Shown here in pieces: positions 40,901 to 55,200 of a DNA stretch of 64,000 nt. The position numbers and the translations under genes are program-made. The notes under the pieces were generated by a model. That model was not told where the DNA came from and did no database searches. It saw only the letters and a list, made by a program, of their open reading frames with translations. This DNA comes from Octopus sinensis (Eukaryota), in assembly GCF_006345805.1 (NCBI RefSeq), contig NC_043001.1:81406001-81470000 (forward strand). Direction: 5' to 3'. Positions within the stretch are counted from its first letter, which is position 1, and each line of letters starts with the position of its first letter.

Positions 40901-41613
40901 ACTACTTCTCAGCATTGAGCAGACATAACTCTGGTACTATAAGCATATGAATAAACTGCCTCAGAAAAGGATCATAAGACAGAGTCATCAAACTCAACCA
41001 GTTAGTAGGAGATCTAGAGCAGTGGTTCTCAACTGGGTCTATATGGTCCCTGAAGGTCAATATAAGATTTTTGGGGTCCATGCAACAAAATAGTAAATTG
41101 GGGATTCACAATAATATTTTAAGGGCCCCTGCAAACATTTTGCTTTAGATGTATGTAATGGATGGAACCCTGATTAGGGAGATGTAAGATAAAAGGCATT
41201 CCAGATTTAACTATCCTGACTTGTTTTCATAAATACTGCATTTAGGATAAATTAGTCAATGTTTCCTACATTTTATTAAGACAGTCAATGGATATTTGGC
41301 AGCTATTACAACTTTACACTCTACAGAAGCTCAAAATTGGTTAGGGACTTGTTTGTTGTAACCCATCACAGCATTTAAAATGAATTATTGAATAGTATTT
41401 GAAATAAGTACTTGTTTCAGTCACTGGATTATGGTTATGGAGAAGTACTACCATAAATGGATTTGGTCAAACAAATCAACCCCAGTATTTATATATATAT
41501 TTTTGTAAGTTTTGTACTTATTCTATCAGTCCCTTCTGCCAAACCACCAAGTTAAAGGAATGTAAATAAACCAACAATAGTTGTCAAATGGTGAGCAGTG
41601 GAGACAAACAAAA

Positions 41614-41660
<47 letters not shown>

Positions 41661-43276
41661 ATGGCCTTCCACACAGTTTCTGGCTACCAAATTTACACAC
41701 AAGGCATTAGTCAACCCAGGGATATAAAAGATCCTTGCATGATGAGCTGCAGAGTGGGACAGGGCACTGAACCTGAAACCACAAGGTTGTAAAGCTTGCT
41801 TCTCAACCAAACAGCCCTTTAGATTATCGTGATGATTTTAGTAATTTTTCCCTAAAACAATTTGTACCCATCAAAGGGTCACCAATGTAGCCCTAGTTTT
41901 ATTTCTATGACTATCACTTCTCCACAGTTAACTCAGCTTTTTACCACCTCATACAAATGACCCCAGGAAACATTTTAAACTTATCTCTTTCCAAATCAAT
42001 GGGGCTAAATTATTCACTCATGGAGAATTTCAATTAGGATAAAGTTAACGAATTAATCACATTTTTGTATTAGTTAAAGAAAAGCGTGATTGATTGACAC
42101 CAAACCTCATTATGGTGATTATATGTAAATAGAAATTGTAATTAGTATTTTTTGGATACATTCCTTTTATCTTAATACAAATGGAAAAGTGTTTTCCATA
42201 ATTGAATTGAGACAAATTTAACGTCAGATATGAAAAGAAAATGTGAGGCTTTTGGGGGAAGCATGGCATGTGCATATGTGTGTATTTGTGTGTGTGTGTG
42301 TGTGTGTACACAAGCATATACATACATATAGGTGCTGGTATGGGTGTTGGTTAAGAAGCTTGCTTACCACCCATATGGTTTTGGGTTCAATCCCACTATA
42401 TAGCATCTTTGGCAAGCATTTTCTACTATAGGCATGGCTGTGTGGTAAGAAGCTTGTTTCCCAACCACATGTTTCTGGTCTCTGTACTACAGTGTGGCAC
42501 TTTGGATAAGTGTCTTCTACTATAGCCTCAGGCTGACCAAAGCCGAGTGAGTGAATTTGGAAGACAGAAACTAAATGAAGCTTGTTGTACATATATTTGT
42601 GTGTGCATGTAAGAGAGTGTTTACATCCCCGTAACTTGGCAGTTCTGCAAAGGAGATTGATAGAATAAGTACTAAGCTTAAAAAAAAAAGTTCTGGCTAA
42701 AAGTTCTCAACGGTGTTGCCCCCAGCTTGGCAGCATGTCTAATGACTGAAACAAGTAAAAGGTAAAAAGTATAGATCCAGGCCAACCAGAGCCATGTGAG
42801 TGGATTTGGTAGACAGAAACTGAAAGAAGCTCATTACATGCGTACACACACACACATGTGTGTGTGTGTATGTGTATGTGTGTGTGCATGCATGCTTGTA
42901 TGCCATCATCATACAAGCAAGTTCGTTCCTTTCCTGTCTTCCATAAAAACCGGGTCTGACCATTGGGAAATATTATGTTACTTGGAAACAGGTGAGGGTT
43001 AGTGATAAGAAAAGTGTCTGGCGAGAAAATCTACCACAGCAAATTCCAGCTGATCCATGCAAGCATGGAAAAGTGGATGCTAAATGATGATCATATACAC
43101 TCATCTTGCATGCACACACGTAATATCACATCACATATACTTTTAGAACTATTAGTATGACTTGGTAGACTGTACCATGCTTCAGTTAATTACTTAATGT
43201 GCAATAATTGCTTAGTCAAGAGCAGATAGAAATCTTCTTAACTTTCCCACTGTGGGCGTAGCAATACATCCAGGGA

Positions 43277-43327
<51 letters not shown>

Positions 43328-44596
43328 GTATGTGTGTCTGTATATATCCCCCCAACATCGCTTGACAACCAATGCTGGTGTGTTTACATCCGTGTAACTT
43401 AGCGGTTCGGCAAAAGAGACTGATAGAATAAGAATAAGTACTAGGCTTACAAAGAATAAGTCCTGGGGTTGATTTGTTTTACTAAAGGCAGTGCTCCAGC
43501 ATGGCCACTGTTAAATGACTGAAACAAGTAAAAGAGTAAAGATATATATATATATATATATACATAAGCAAATGAATAAATAACAGACAATGGATAGATG
43601 TCAGTTCATTACAGCTGTTTCTTAATCATTCAACCCAACCGGGTGCATATCATTTAAGTACCCGATTCACTCCAGAATCCTTGATATTGTATCTATGTAC
43701 AACTCATTTTTACAGTTGAGTGAACTGGAGCAACATGAGATAAAGTGTCTTGCTCAAGAACACAACACACAACCCAGTCATATATATATAAAATTGAGAG
43801 TGACAGAGGCAGTACTAATACCAAAAGGTAATCTTGATCCCCAACCTAAGGTTGAGGTTGAATTAGAATGCAGAATATTGTGTTATTTACCTTGAGAGAA
43901 CCTCTCATATGGACTAGTGCATAAAAACACATAAATAATTGACAGACAAAGGTTGTCTGCTATGGCTGCTGGAACTGCCAGATCAAGTGATTTATCTTTT
44001 CACTTCACTGTGTCCCTGTCTTTTTTTCTCACCCCTCCTTGATTCTTCTGTCCCTCTGCTCCTACTTCTCTCTCTTCTCTTCCCACGTGACTGTGCAGTC
44101 AGCCTAGCCTGTTCTTTCTTTCTTGGTCTCACCGCTGTCCATGCAAGATTGATATTCTTTCCTGTGTTTCTGAAACTTTTGTATCTCTGCCCTAAGGCTT
44201 CATTTCCAAATGCACCAGCTTAATTCAATTCGTCCTTAGTTGAAAGACACCTGTTGTTATGTCCTGTTATTATTTTTATTGTATTTATTCTTGTATTTAT
44301 ATTTGTGTAACTTTGTCCATTTTTTCCGTTCTTGTTTTTGTATACATTCGTTGCTTTCTTCCAAGGAATCTAATGCTCTTAGCTTAGTTTTTCCTTGGGG
44401 ATGGCCAGATTGGAGCAATCTCAAGAATAATCAGCCAAAATTGCGAGGATAATCTGGTGCTTGACTGAGGATAGAGGGCTTTGAATGACCCATCCTTATT
44501 TTCTTTGTATCTCCTATTTGGATGTTTTGCTGTCCCTTTTTGTATCACCTAGCTGTCCAGATGTTTTGCGTTCTTGTCCCATTTTGTATTTTTATT

Positions 44597-44631
<35 letters not shown>

Positions 44632-44650
44632 CGGTGTACATACACTTTGG

Positions 44651-44694
<44 letters not shown>

Positions 44695-45268
44695 CATCAT
44701 TGGATTATATTTCTGAAACAGAAACGCATTATATCAAGCTGCACAAAATCACAGTCATGATAGATAGCAGTGTCACACAAATGGCACCTGTGCCAGTGGC
44801 ATGTAAAATCACCCATTACACTCTCAGAGTGGTTAGTGTTATGAAGGGCAACCAGCCATAGAAAACCATGCCAAATCACCCTGGAGCCTAGTGCAACCTT
44901 CCAGCATGCCACCTCAGTCAAACCGTCCAACCCATGCCAGCAGGGACAACGGACATTAGATGATGATGATGATGATGATGATACATACTGACAGCATGGA
45001 AAATGGATGTTAAATGATGGTGATGATGAGAAGGAGGAGGACAATGACAATGAGGATGAAGACAAACATGCATATATGTATGTATGTATATATATATTTT
45101 ATACATGTGAATATATGTGTGTATATATGTATACATGCCCATATGTGTGTAGTATATTTTTACTAAGGAAAGGTTGATAGTGACTTTGAAGTTTTGATTT
45201 AGTTGCCTTCACCAGGCATAAAAACAAATGCTAACATAGACACACACTCACACACACATACATCTTTA

Positions 45269-45301
<33 letters not shown>

Positions 45302-45739
45302 TGTACATAGGTATGTACGTAGATATGAACGTAGGTATGTACGTAGGTATGTACGTAGGTATGTACGTAGGTATGTACGTATGTATGTATGTGTATGTAT
45401 CTATGTGTATGTATGTATGTATGTATACAGGTATATATGTATAAGAATACAACATAGAAGTTTATCTAAAACCAAAAACAAATGAGGAAGAGAAAAGAAA
45501 GAAGAAAATCTTATCAAACAAGAAGACCAAAGCTGTGATATTTTCAGATTTCCAGAAATTTCTCCACTTCTGAAAGTGAAGACATGTAACCAAAAATGTA
45601 TTTCCTGCTCTCAGATTCTTCTTGGTTTGTTTGTCACAAAAATCTATTTTTCTTTTAGCAGATCCTCCGCAATTTCAGTTGAATCTGTGCAAAAGACTTG
45701 GGTGTTTAATTGGTTCAATGAAGATGTGAGGGACATATG

Positions 45740-46040
45740 ATAGAGAGGGTGGGAAGAAGATGAGAGAAGAGGGATCAAAGAAGAGATTATGCAGGGGGGA
45801 GAGAGAGAGAGAGTGAGAGAGATGGAGAGGGAGTGAGGGAGAGGAGAAAGAGATATTGGGAGAGAGAGTGAAGGGGAATAGAGAGTGGAAGACGGAAGGA
45901 AGAGTGATATGGAGAGGTGATGGGGAGAGACATGGAAGAGAAGGAGAGGACAATGAATGGGAAAGCGAGATGTGGAGAAAGCGAGGGAGTAGGAGAGAGA
46001 AGGAGTGGGAGAAAGAGAGACATAAGAGAAAGAAGCATAT
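45740..46040. repeat. Polypurine (GA-rich) tract, preceded by a (TATG)n / 12-mer gtaggtatgtac array at about 45270-45440
   Basis: Read directly from the sequence. Confidence 0.85.
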
Positions 46041-46745
46041 TTAGACAGGTGAAATAAGCACGGCATTTAAATTAAAATTTTATCGTTTGCAAACTGCTCT
46101 GTGATGCCAGATAGAATGCCCATATAATCAATCACGTGTGTTGTTAGTAATTCCGATGTAATTTGCCATATGTCAAAGATGCTTTGGGGTTTTATTCTTA
46201 TTTCTTTTGCTTCCTTCATTTTCATTCCTTCGTGTTCTCCCTCACCATGTGTTCATATAAAGTATTAAACTTATATGTCTTCTTGCATCCAATTGTAGCT
46301 GCTCATCTGCTCATCTGCTCAGGTTTGACTTGGTTTGGTTTATTTTTTTTTTTTTGCAGCTGCACCAAAGAAATGTGAGTTGTGTGCAGTACGATGTATT
46401 TCATCACCATAATCATCACAATCATCATTATCATTGCTATCAACAGCAGCAGTATCAACAACAACATTATTATCATCACTACCACCACTACCATCATCAT
46501 CATCATCACCATCAGCTGTGTTATTTAGTCTTTCTCATGGTAAGGCAACTGCTATAGTGCTGGTGCTACATAAAGTACACCCAGTACATTCTGTAAAGTG
46601 GATGGTATTAAGAAGGGAGCCCAGAAATAATAGAACGTTAGAAAAATGAGACGTTGGTGGAAGATATGGTCCTCCAGCCTGTTGAATTCTCTCAAAGTGT
46701 TTTACCATACTGGCAGAGAAAGCAAGCATTAAATGATAATGATGA

Positions 46746-46800
<55 letters not shown>

Positions 46801-46802
<2 letters not shown>

Positions 46803-47208
46803 AGCAGGAGTGGCTGTGTGGTAAGTAGCTTGTTTATCAACCACATGGTTCCGGGTTCAGTCCCACTGCGTGGCACCTTGGGCAAGTGTCTTCTACTATA
46901 GCCTTGGGCCGACCAAACCCTTGTGAGTGGATTTGGTAGATGGAAACTGAAAGAAGCCTGTCGTATATATGTATATATATATATATATATATATGCGTGT
47001 GTGTGTTTGTGTATCTGTGTTTGTCCCCCTAGCATTGCTTGACAACCGATGCTGGTGTGTTTATGTCCCCATTATTTAGCGGTTTGGCAAAAGAGACCGA
47101 TAGAATAAGTACTGGGCTTACAAAAGAATAAGTTCCGGGGTCAAGTTGCTCGATTAAAGGTGGTGCTCCAGCATGGCCGCAGTCAAATGACTGAAACAAG
47201 TAAAAGAG
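46801..47208 (+). mobile_element. SINE family A (tRNA head plus CORE-like domain), well-preserved copy
   Basis: Head ggagtggctgtgtggtaag...ggttcagtccc (A and B boxes), then ggcaccttgggcaagtgtctt (CORE-like), an internal (TA)/(TG) tract and a 3' end tgaaacaagtaaaagag. Confidence 0.85.
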
Positions 47209-47757
47209 TATATACATATCCTTTAAGTTCATTTATGAGGAATGTGCTGAATATGCATCCACACAGAAATGCCTACATACTCCGACCAACCTTCTCATTG
47301 ATCAAAATTGACAAATGTCCCACAGTACAACATCAATTAATGCCATATCCTCTGAAGAAATGAATGCATGAAAATGATCGACCTGATGTCCATGGATACC
47401 ACGGACTACACTGCAATCATCCCAGGACTATGATGTTAAGAAATATGTGATTTGTGGAAATGTGCATAGCAATGCATTAAAATATTTATAAATTCTATCC
47501 AAGGATTATTAGAATTATTACTTTATTACTATATATATATAGAGAGATGTACTTGCATAGCAAGTGATTTGATCTGAGATCGTGTGCTGAAACGAAAACA
47601 ATTGCAGCATGGAAGGTGTTTGTAAGCCATTTAAGAAACACACAAAAGCCGTTCAATTCACTTCAACATTTAAGTTTAATTTGTCAAAATATTTTCATCG
47701 CTTTAAGACCGCGACCTGTTCACTGACAAAAATCTGTGCTGCATCTCATATATATAC

Positions 47758-47791
<34 letters not shown>

Positions 47792-48440
47792 GCAGTGGAA
47801 CCTTCTTGAACAAATCAGTTTATGAACAATTTTTCAAACATAAAATATCTCCGGTGACAATCTGTGTCTCAAGTAATGAACATACAGGCCTGCAACAATC
47901 ATTGGTGATTGTAAAGTGAGGTTCTATATACATAGAAATAGAAGATATGAGGAGTTTAGATCAAGATGACTCAAATTTACAGCCATGCGTTCTGAGTGCT
48001 GAAATAGGTGTGCCACCAAAAACAGCTGTCAGAGACTATTTTTACCATTCATGATGTTGCTAAATTTTTAGATTGAATTAAATGAAAATCAAATGACCTT
48101 ACCCTGCCTTGATTAATTGTTTGCCTTTCCTCACATAGAGCAACATCTGTTGTTGTCTTTCCCCTGTAGTTTCTGTAGTGTGCACAACAGCAGTTGCTGC
48201 AGCATCTCTTGTAAGTCAATCTGCATGTTGTGCTGCAGTCTCTGCAGTTTATGCAGTAGCTGTTGAGGAAGCATCTCTTGTTCAGCATGTTGAACGTTGC
48301 TCGTTGCTCTGGACAGCTCATTGTGCAGCAATATGTGCTAACTGATCACAACACTGGTCTTCACTTTCCCATCTTCATGCTGAAGCCATCCTAAGTGCAT
48401 TGAGAGAGTTCCTCCTTGCAGCGTCCTTGGCAGATTTATT

Positions 48441-49024
48441 TGTCCTAAGTCAAAGAGGGCACACATGTCAAATTTGGTGAAATTTGGTTGAAAATTGTAG
48501 GAGTAGAAGTTGTTCATACAACACACACACACACACACACAGAGAGACAACTAGCCTTTTAATATATAAGATCAAACACGTACTGTTGCATAGTCGTGGT
48601 GGGTTCAAATCTTAAGTGAATTGAGAGTAGTCTATTTATGTTGGGGGCATGGAATTTCGAGGTAAAAATTATAAGAAAAAGCATCTTAAATCAAAGAGAA
48701 CATACACGTCAAATTTAGTGAAATTCGGTTGAAAATTGTAGGAGTAGAAGTGGTTCACACAACACACAAACACAGACAGCTTGCCTTTTAATATATAAGA
48801 TCAAATGCGTACCATTGCATAGATGTGGTGGGTTCAAATCCTAGGTCAATTGAGAGTAGTCTATTTATGTTGGGGGCATGGAATTTCGAGGTAAAAATTA
48901 TAAGAAAAAGTGTCCTAAGTCAAAGAAAGCACACATGTCAAATTTGGTGAAATTTGGTTGAAAATTGTAGGAGTAGAAGTAGTTTATATATCACACACAC
49001 AACTTGCCTTTTAATATACAAGAT
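48441..49024 (+). repeat. About 2.5 tandem copies of a 230-240 bp unit, Helentron/HINE-like 3' end
   Basis: Units start at about 48451, 48692 and 48921. Each contains aaatttggtgaaatttggttgaaaattgtaggagtagaag, (CA)n and ccttttaatatataagat. Confidence 0.7.
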
Positions 49025-49660
49025 AAATACTTGCATAGCTGACACAATGGAAAAAAGACATGATTCCTGACTTGGTGGTACTTTTGCTGGAAACCCTGTG
49101 CAGAAGATTTATATGTGCAAACAATTTTTATAGCAAAAGAAACCTGAAGTGCTATGAATGTTACACATGCTTTCATATCCAACACCATTGTTTTTAATAC
49201 ATGCTATATTGCCTTTGGTAAAAGGTAATTGACACAACAAGTACACATAACTGATGCAACATTTCCGCCTAGAAATGTGTAACTGATGCCACGTTGAAAC
49301 TCAAATACCAATTAGTATTACACACTTCTATTTTAATCAATCAGGACAATGAGGAATTGATCAAAAGATAAAAACACCCACTATGTATTCAAAATGTGTG
49401 CTACACATGAACACAAACTTCTACATAACATTTCTTGAAGCTTATTGCAGCATAATGTCTTAGATAATTCAATCGAGATATTTTGCATGCATTGCAGGTA
49501 ACAGTAGGAGCCCTATAATACAGTAAGTCACTGATCATAATGTGGCTGAAATTTCCATCGAACAGTGAGTGCACAAGCAGGTTCATAAAAATAAAAATAA
49601 GAAATAAGTGGAAATTTTACCAGTGAGAGTGTTACAATATAAGACACAAAAAGAAAATGA

Positions 49661-50293
49661 GGATCTTTTCCTTTTGAACGGCAGACAATTTCTAGTTAAC
49701 TAAACACTTTAAAACTTCGTATACTGGTAGAATGTATCAAAATAAAACATTTTTTTCTCTTGGCTTTCTTGAGAAAATTGTAATTTGTTTGTTTAACGTA
49801 GTTTAATTTTTCGAATTTTAACCAATCCTATGCTCTCTTTTGAGCTAAAATCATTTGCTGCATCTAAAACTGAGACAACATCCTGTAACTAACCTAAACC
49901 TCCCCCCCTAACCCTAACCCTAAATTTTTTTTTCTTAATTGTTAAATTAATTTAATTATTACGCATGTAAAAAAAACTAATGCAATGGAATTAAATTAAT
50001 TCAACAATTAAGAAAAAAAATTAGGGTTAGGGGAGAGGTTTAGGGTTAGTTACAGGATGTTGTCTCAGTTTTAGATGCAGCAAATGATTTTAGTTGAATG
50101 GAGGTAATCGATTGGTTAAAATTGCCAAAATGCTCGGATTTTCAGACGAAATATCTTACAAACTATAGAATTTTCTCAATAAAACCAAGAGAAAATGATG
50201 TTTTATAAACACATTCTACCAGTATACGAAGTTTAAAAGTGTTTAGTTAACTAGAAATTGTGTTGACATCTGCCGTTCAAAAGGAAAAGATCC
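49661..50293. mobile_element. 633-bp fold-back non-autonomous DNA transposon with 8-bp TSD (Merlin- or MULE-like)
   Basis: Termini GGATCTTTTCCTTTTGAACGGCAGA...TCTGCCGTTCAAAAGGAAAAGATCC; about 300-bp inverted arms; GAAAATGA directly repeated at 49653-49660 and 50294-50301. Confidence 0.85.
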
Positions 50294-50299
50294 GAAAAT

Positions 50300-50930
50300 G
50301 ACTCTCCCCAGACACAACAGAATATGCTTCAACACACGAACTCATGATGAGCACACTGAGCTTCATATATATTTTACCCCAGCATTACTTTGATGGCATG
50401 CACAGCTCTCTCACTCAATAAAAATAATAATAATAATTGGTATAAAAGATGGGCTAAAGCAAATATTCTGCTCAATACCCACAGATTTGCTTGTCAGTTG
50501 TTTGACCTTAACCAGTTGAGCATGTCCCTTAGTGGCTGACGATATGTGCATCTCTGATCATGAGCAGAAGTAGTGGGGGAGCATCATAGCTGTGTGTTGA
50601 AAGGAATTCTTAGAGCTTTGGATAATTCACCTTTGGAAACATGGGTGGTTTGTTCAACATCCTTAAACAACCCTTATTCAGGGGCCTTTTGAGCGAGATG
50701 GGCTACTCAACCAGAAGAAAATTCTAACTGGGCCCCACCAGCAAGGTCATGTGCTGTTTGTCTTGATATAAGATCACCATGTCACACACCACAGGGTTGT
50801 GATGCATGTGTCTAGTGTACCCTTATCAGACGGGTAGTCATGATGGGTATACTGGGCTTTGTATATTTTTACCCCAGTGTCACTTTGATGGCATACACTG
50901 CTCTCTCACTCAATAATAATAATAATAATT
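50300..50930 (+). mobile_element. Interspersed repeat with (AAT)n tail (retroposon 3' end, unclassified); homolog at about 11540-11890
   Basis: About 350 nt are shared between 50440-50715 and 11615-11885. The ends read ctctctcactcaataataat at about 50415 and 50915. Confidence 0.65.
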
Positions 50931-52522
50931 ATCGCATAGTTAAGAAACTCACTTTCCAACCACATGGCTTTGGGTTTAGTTCCACTGCATGGTACCTTGG
51001 GCAAATGTTTTCTAGTTCGGCACTGGATGCCTTGTGAGTGAATTTGGTAGATAGAAACTTTGTGGATGTCTGCCATGTATAATTTAGTATGTATCTTTAT
51101 TTCTTGTCTTTTAACTTTTACTTGCTTCGGGCATTTGATTGTGGCTGTGCTGGATGGGTTTTAATTGAGTGAATTGATTCCAGTACTTACATTAAGCTAT
51201 GAGGAAGTATACAAACTAACACTGGTTGTCAAATGGTGGTGGAGGATAACCACAATGACATGCACACACAGATATATATGCAGATTGTGGCAGGGTGTAT
51301 ATGCACACACACACATACACACACGTACATGATGGACCTCTTTCAGTTTCTGTCTGCCAAATCCACTCAAGGTTTTGACCAACCTGGGGTTATATAGTAG
51401 GAGACACTTGCCCAAGATTCCATACATTGGGACTGAACCTGGAACTACACATACATACATACACATGCATACATGTATGACTTTGTGCTTGTCCCCCACC
51501 CCAACATCCCTGCTTGAAAACTGTTGATGGTTTGTTTACATCCCTGTAGCTTAGCAGTGTAACAAAAGAGACTACTGTACTGTGGTGGATTCATTTGATT
51601 AAACCCTTTAAGGTGGTGCCCCAACATAGTCACAGTCTAATGAGGAAAACAAGTAAAAGATGAAAGACAAAGATAAATAGAGGGCCACAAGTGTTGGCAA
51701 GGTGTATAGTCTATCATATGGACCACAGTATTTTACTGGTACTTTATTATAATGGGTTAATTAAAACTGAAAAGACAACTCACTGACCCTTTTTTAGGGG
51801 TTCCTGTTGCTAGTGGATGGGAAAGGAGGGAGTTGTTCTCAAACACAAGGTGCTGGAATGATTAGGTGCAGGCATGACTGTAGATGTAGGTATGTCGATG
51901 TGGTAAGAAGTTTGCTTCTCAATCACATGGTTCCAGGTTCAGTCTCACTGTTTGGCACCTTGGGCTAGTGTCTTCTCATACAACAGCTCTGGGCAGATCA
52001 AAGACGAAATGGATTTGGTAGATGGAAACTCAAATAAACCCATTATGTGTGTGCATGCATGTATGTATGTATGTATATCACACATACACGTGTGTGTGTG
52101 TGTGAAGGCACATGGCTCAGTGATTAGAGTGTTGGGCTCACAGTCATGACATGGTGAGTTCAATTCCTGGACCGGACTGTGAGTTGTGTTCTTGAGAAAA
52201 ACACTTTATTTCACATTGCTCCAGTTCAGTCAGCTGTAGAAATGATTTGCAATGTCACTGGTGTCAAATTGTATCAGCCTTTGCCTTTCCCTTGGATAAC
52301 ATTGGTGGCATGGAGAGGTGAGTGGCATGCATGAGCAACTGCTGTTCTTCCATAAACAACCTTGCTCAAACTTGTGTCTTGGAGGGTAACTTTCTAGGTG
52401 CAATCCCATAGTCATTCATGATTGGAAGGGGCCTTTACCCATTTACCCTGTGTGTGTGTGAGGCGGGTATATTTATGTATGGTGCATACATTTATGTCTC
52501 TTTGCTTTGATAATACATGATA

Positions 52523-53398
52523 CAGTAATCCCTCAGCTATCGCAGGTGCTACATTCCAAAATCCCCTGCAGTAGGTGAAAATCCACAAAGTAGAAACATT
52601 ACTGTACAGTATATTTTTTTATTATTTTTATTTGTATATATTTATTTTATTATAAATGCAAAACAGCACCACACACTCACTTCCCAAGTTTCATTTACCA
52701 TACAGTATGTGCGATTCTTTGCTTACTTGTCTCTACGGTACATATTTTCTTTTAATATATCTTAATTAATAGGCGTAGGAGTGGCTGTGTGGTAAGTAGC
52801 TTGCTTACGAACCACATGGTTATGGGTTCAGTCCTACTGTGTGGCACCTTGGGCAAGTGACTTCTACTATAGCCTTGGGCCGACCAAAGCCTTGTGAGTG
52901 GATTTGGTAGACGGAAACTGAAAGAAGCCTGTTGTATATATGTATATATATATACATGTGTGCGTGTGTGTGTGTGTATATGTGTCTGTGTTTGTCCCCG
53001 CAACATCGCTTGACAACCAATGCTGGTGTGTTTACATCCATGTAACTTAGCGGTTCGGCAAAAGAGAACAATAGAATAAGTACTAGTCGATTTGCTCGAC
53101 TAAAGGTGGTGCTCCAGCATGACCACAGTCAAAATGACTGAAACAAGTAAAAGAAAATGCTATACAGTGCAATACTGAACTGTATTTTTATTTATTAATC
53201 TATTAATTTTCTAGGCGTGAAAATGCTTGTTTTAACCACAGAAATAATAAAAATGTAAAAAAATCTAAATTCTTATCAGCTCCAGAAACCTGCAGTATAG
53301 TGAGGAGACCACGATATGAATTTACATATATTAGCCAGAAAAATCTGTGATGTACTGAGGGCGCGATAAGTGAACCACAATATGGCAAGTGACTACTG
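52523..53398. mobile_element. Tigger/pogo-like non-autonomous element with a SINE inserted at 52772-53154
   Basis: TA|CAGTAATCCCTC at the left end and GACTACTG|TA at the right end, with degenerate TIRs. Confidence 0.55.
52772..53154 (+). mobile_element. SINE family A copy
   Basis: Same structure as the 46801 copy. Confidence 0.85.
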
Positions 53399-54639
53399 TA
53401 ATTGTAAATAAGCATCACTGTCATACAAGCAGTGCTTTTCATTTCCAGTATTCTGCAAGAACATGTCTGGCCATGGGGAAATATTACCTTGCTTGGAAAC
53501 AAGTGAGGGTTGGCAACAAGGAAAATATCCAGCCATAGAAAACCTCCCTCATATAAACTCTGTCTCATCCACAGAAATATTCTTTTCTACTCTAGGCACA
53601 AGGCCTGAAATTTTTGGGGAGGGAGCCAGTCGATTAGGTCGACCCCAGTATGCAAATGGTACTTAATTTATTGACCCTGAAAGGATGAAAGGCAAAGCTG
53701 GCCTCAGCGGAATTTGAACTCAGAACTCGAAGACAGATGAAATACTGCTAAGTATTTCACCTGGCGTGCTAATATTTCTGTCAGCTTACTACCTTAATCC
53801 ATAGAAATATTGAAAAGTCAATGTTAGATGATGATGATGAAGGCCTGTCTTCCATGTTTACAACAGATTGGATATTGTGAAAAGCACCTGAGGGCCAGAT
53901 AGTGTCTGTGATGCCAAAACAGGCACGAACAGTCCTATGAACCCTAGAAGCATGAAGAAAGGCAATGTCGATTCCAGGTTGTAACTAAAGCACCACAAGG
54001 CATTTTGTTTGTTGTTCTGTTGATTTTGCAATCCGCATTCTTTGCCATCCATGGTAATAGAAAAACTGTCAGAATTTAAAATGAAAATGTTATAGAGCTG
54101 CTAAGTGTTAATTATACATTGAATGTAAAACTTTGGATTAAATCTGGATCTGAGTGTGTGTGTGTGCGTGCGTTTGTGTTTGTGTTTGTGTGTGTAGCAG
54201 AGAGGAGGGAGTGTGATAGATTGAGGTATCTGGCTGTGAAGTAATGAACACTGGGGGGAGGGTGTTAAATTGAGATATCTGACTGTGAGCTAATGAAGAG
54301 GAAGGATGTTAGATTTAAAAATCTGATTGTGATGATAATGAGGAAGGAGAGGGGTTTGGATTTTGAAAATAATTTGGCTGGGAGGTAAGGCAAATGCAGG
54401 ATGGGCAGGTGGGTATTTATAGATCTGACTGTGAAGTAATGGAACAAGAGGGATAAGGGGGAAGCAGTGGGAGCAGAGAGGAAGGCTGGTTGCTGTTTGA
54501 TTGAGAGATCCACAACAGATGTCAGCTTTCACGGATCTTTTCTAGATTTTTTTTCTTATTTCTTTTTAATCTTGTTGTTTTTGTTAATTCCTTAACAAGA
54601 ATTAATGGCAATGATTGTCACTTTGGTGGTGTTGTTTGT

Positions 54640-55200
54640 TGTGTAGCTGTAGTTGTTGAGGTGGTGGAGGTGATTTGGGAACAGGAGTAGCAGAGGTAGT
54701 AGTGGTACTAGAACAAGTGGTGTCAGTGGGGCTGCTTGTGGTGATATGTAGTTGCGGTGGTAGCAGTGGTGGTTGTAGTGGTGGTGGTGGTGATGGTGGT
54801 GGTGGAAGTGGTGGTGGTGGTGTTGGTGATGGCGGTGGCAGCAGTAGTGGTGAAGGTGGTGGTGGTGGTGGTGGTGGTGGTAGTAGTATGGTGGTGGTTG
54901 TGGTAGTGGTAGTAGTAGTGGTAGTGGTGGTGGTGGTGGTAATGGTGGTAGTGGTAGTGGTGGCGGCGGCAGCAACAGTGGTGGTGGTTGTAGTAGTAAT
55001 GGTGGTGGTGGTTGTGGCAGTATTAGTAGTAGTGGTAGCGGTTGTGGTGGTATTGGTGGTGGTGGTGGTGGTGGTGGCGGTGGTGGCAGCGGAGGCAGTG
55101 GTTGTGGTGGTGGTGGGAGTTGTGGTAGTGGTAGTGGTGATGGTGGTGGTGGTGGTCGTCGTCATCGTCATCCTGTTAATTCCATCATGGTGGTGGTTAG
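54640..55200. repeat. Compound (GGT/GTA/GGC)n trinucleotide block
   Basis: Read directly from the sequence. Confidence 0.9.

Noticed and set aside
43930-44580. Possible solo LTR
   Set aside because: No TG...CA termini or TSD could be identified, so it is left unclassified.
48049-48331. Gln/Leu-rich minus-strand ORFs next to the Helentron-like array
   Set aside because: No Rep or helicase motifs were recognisable.
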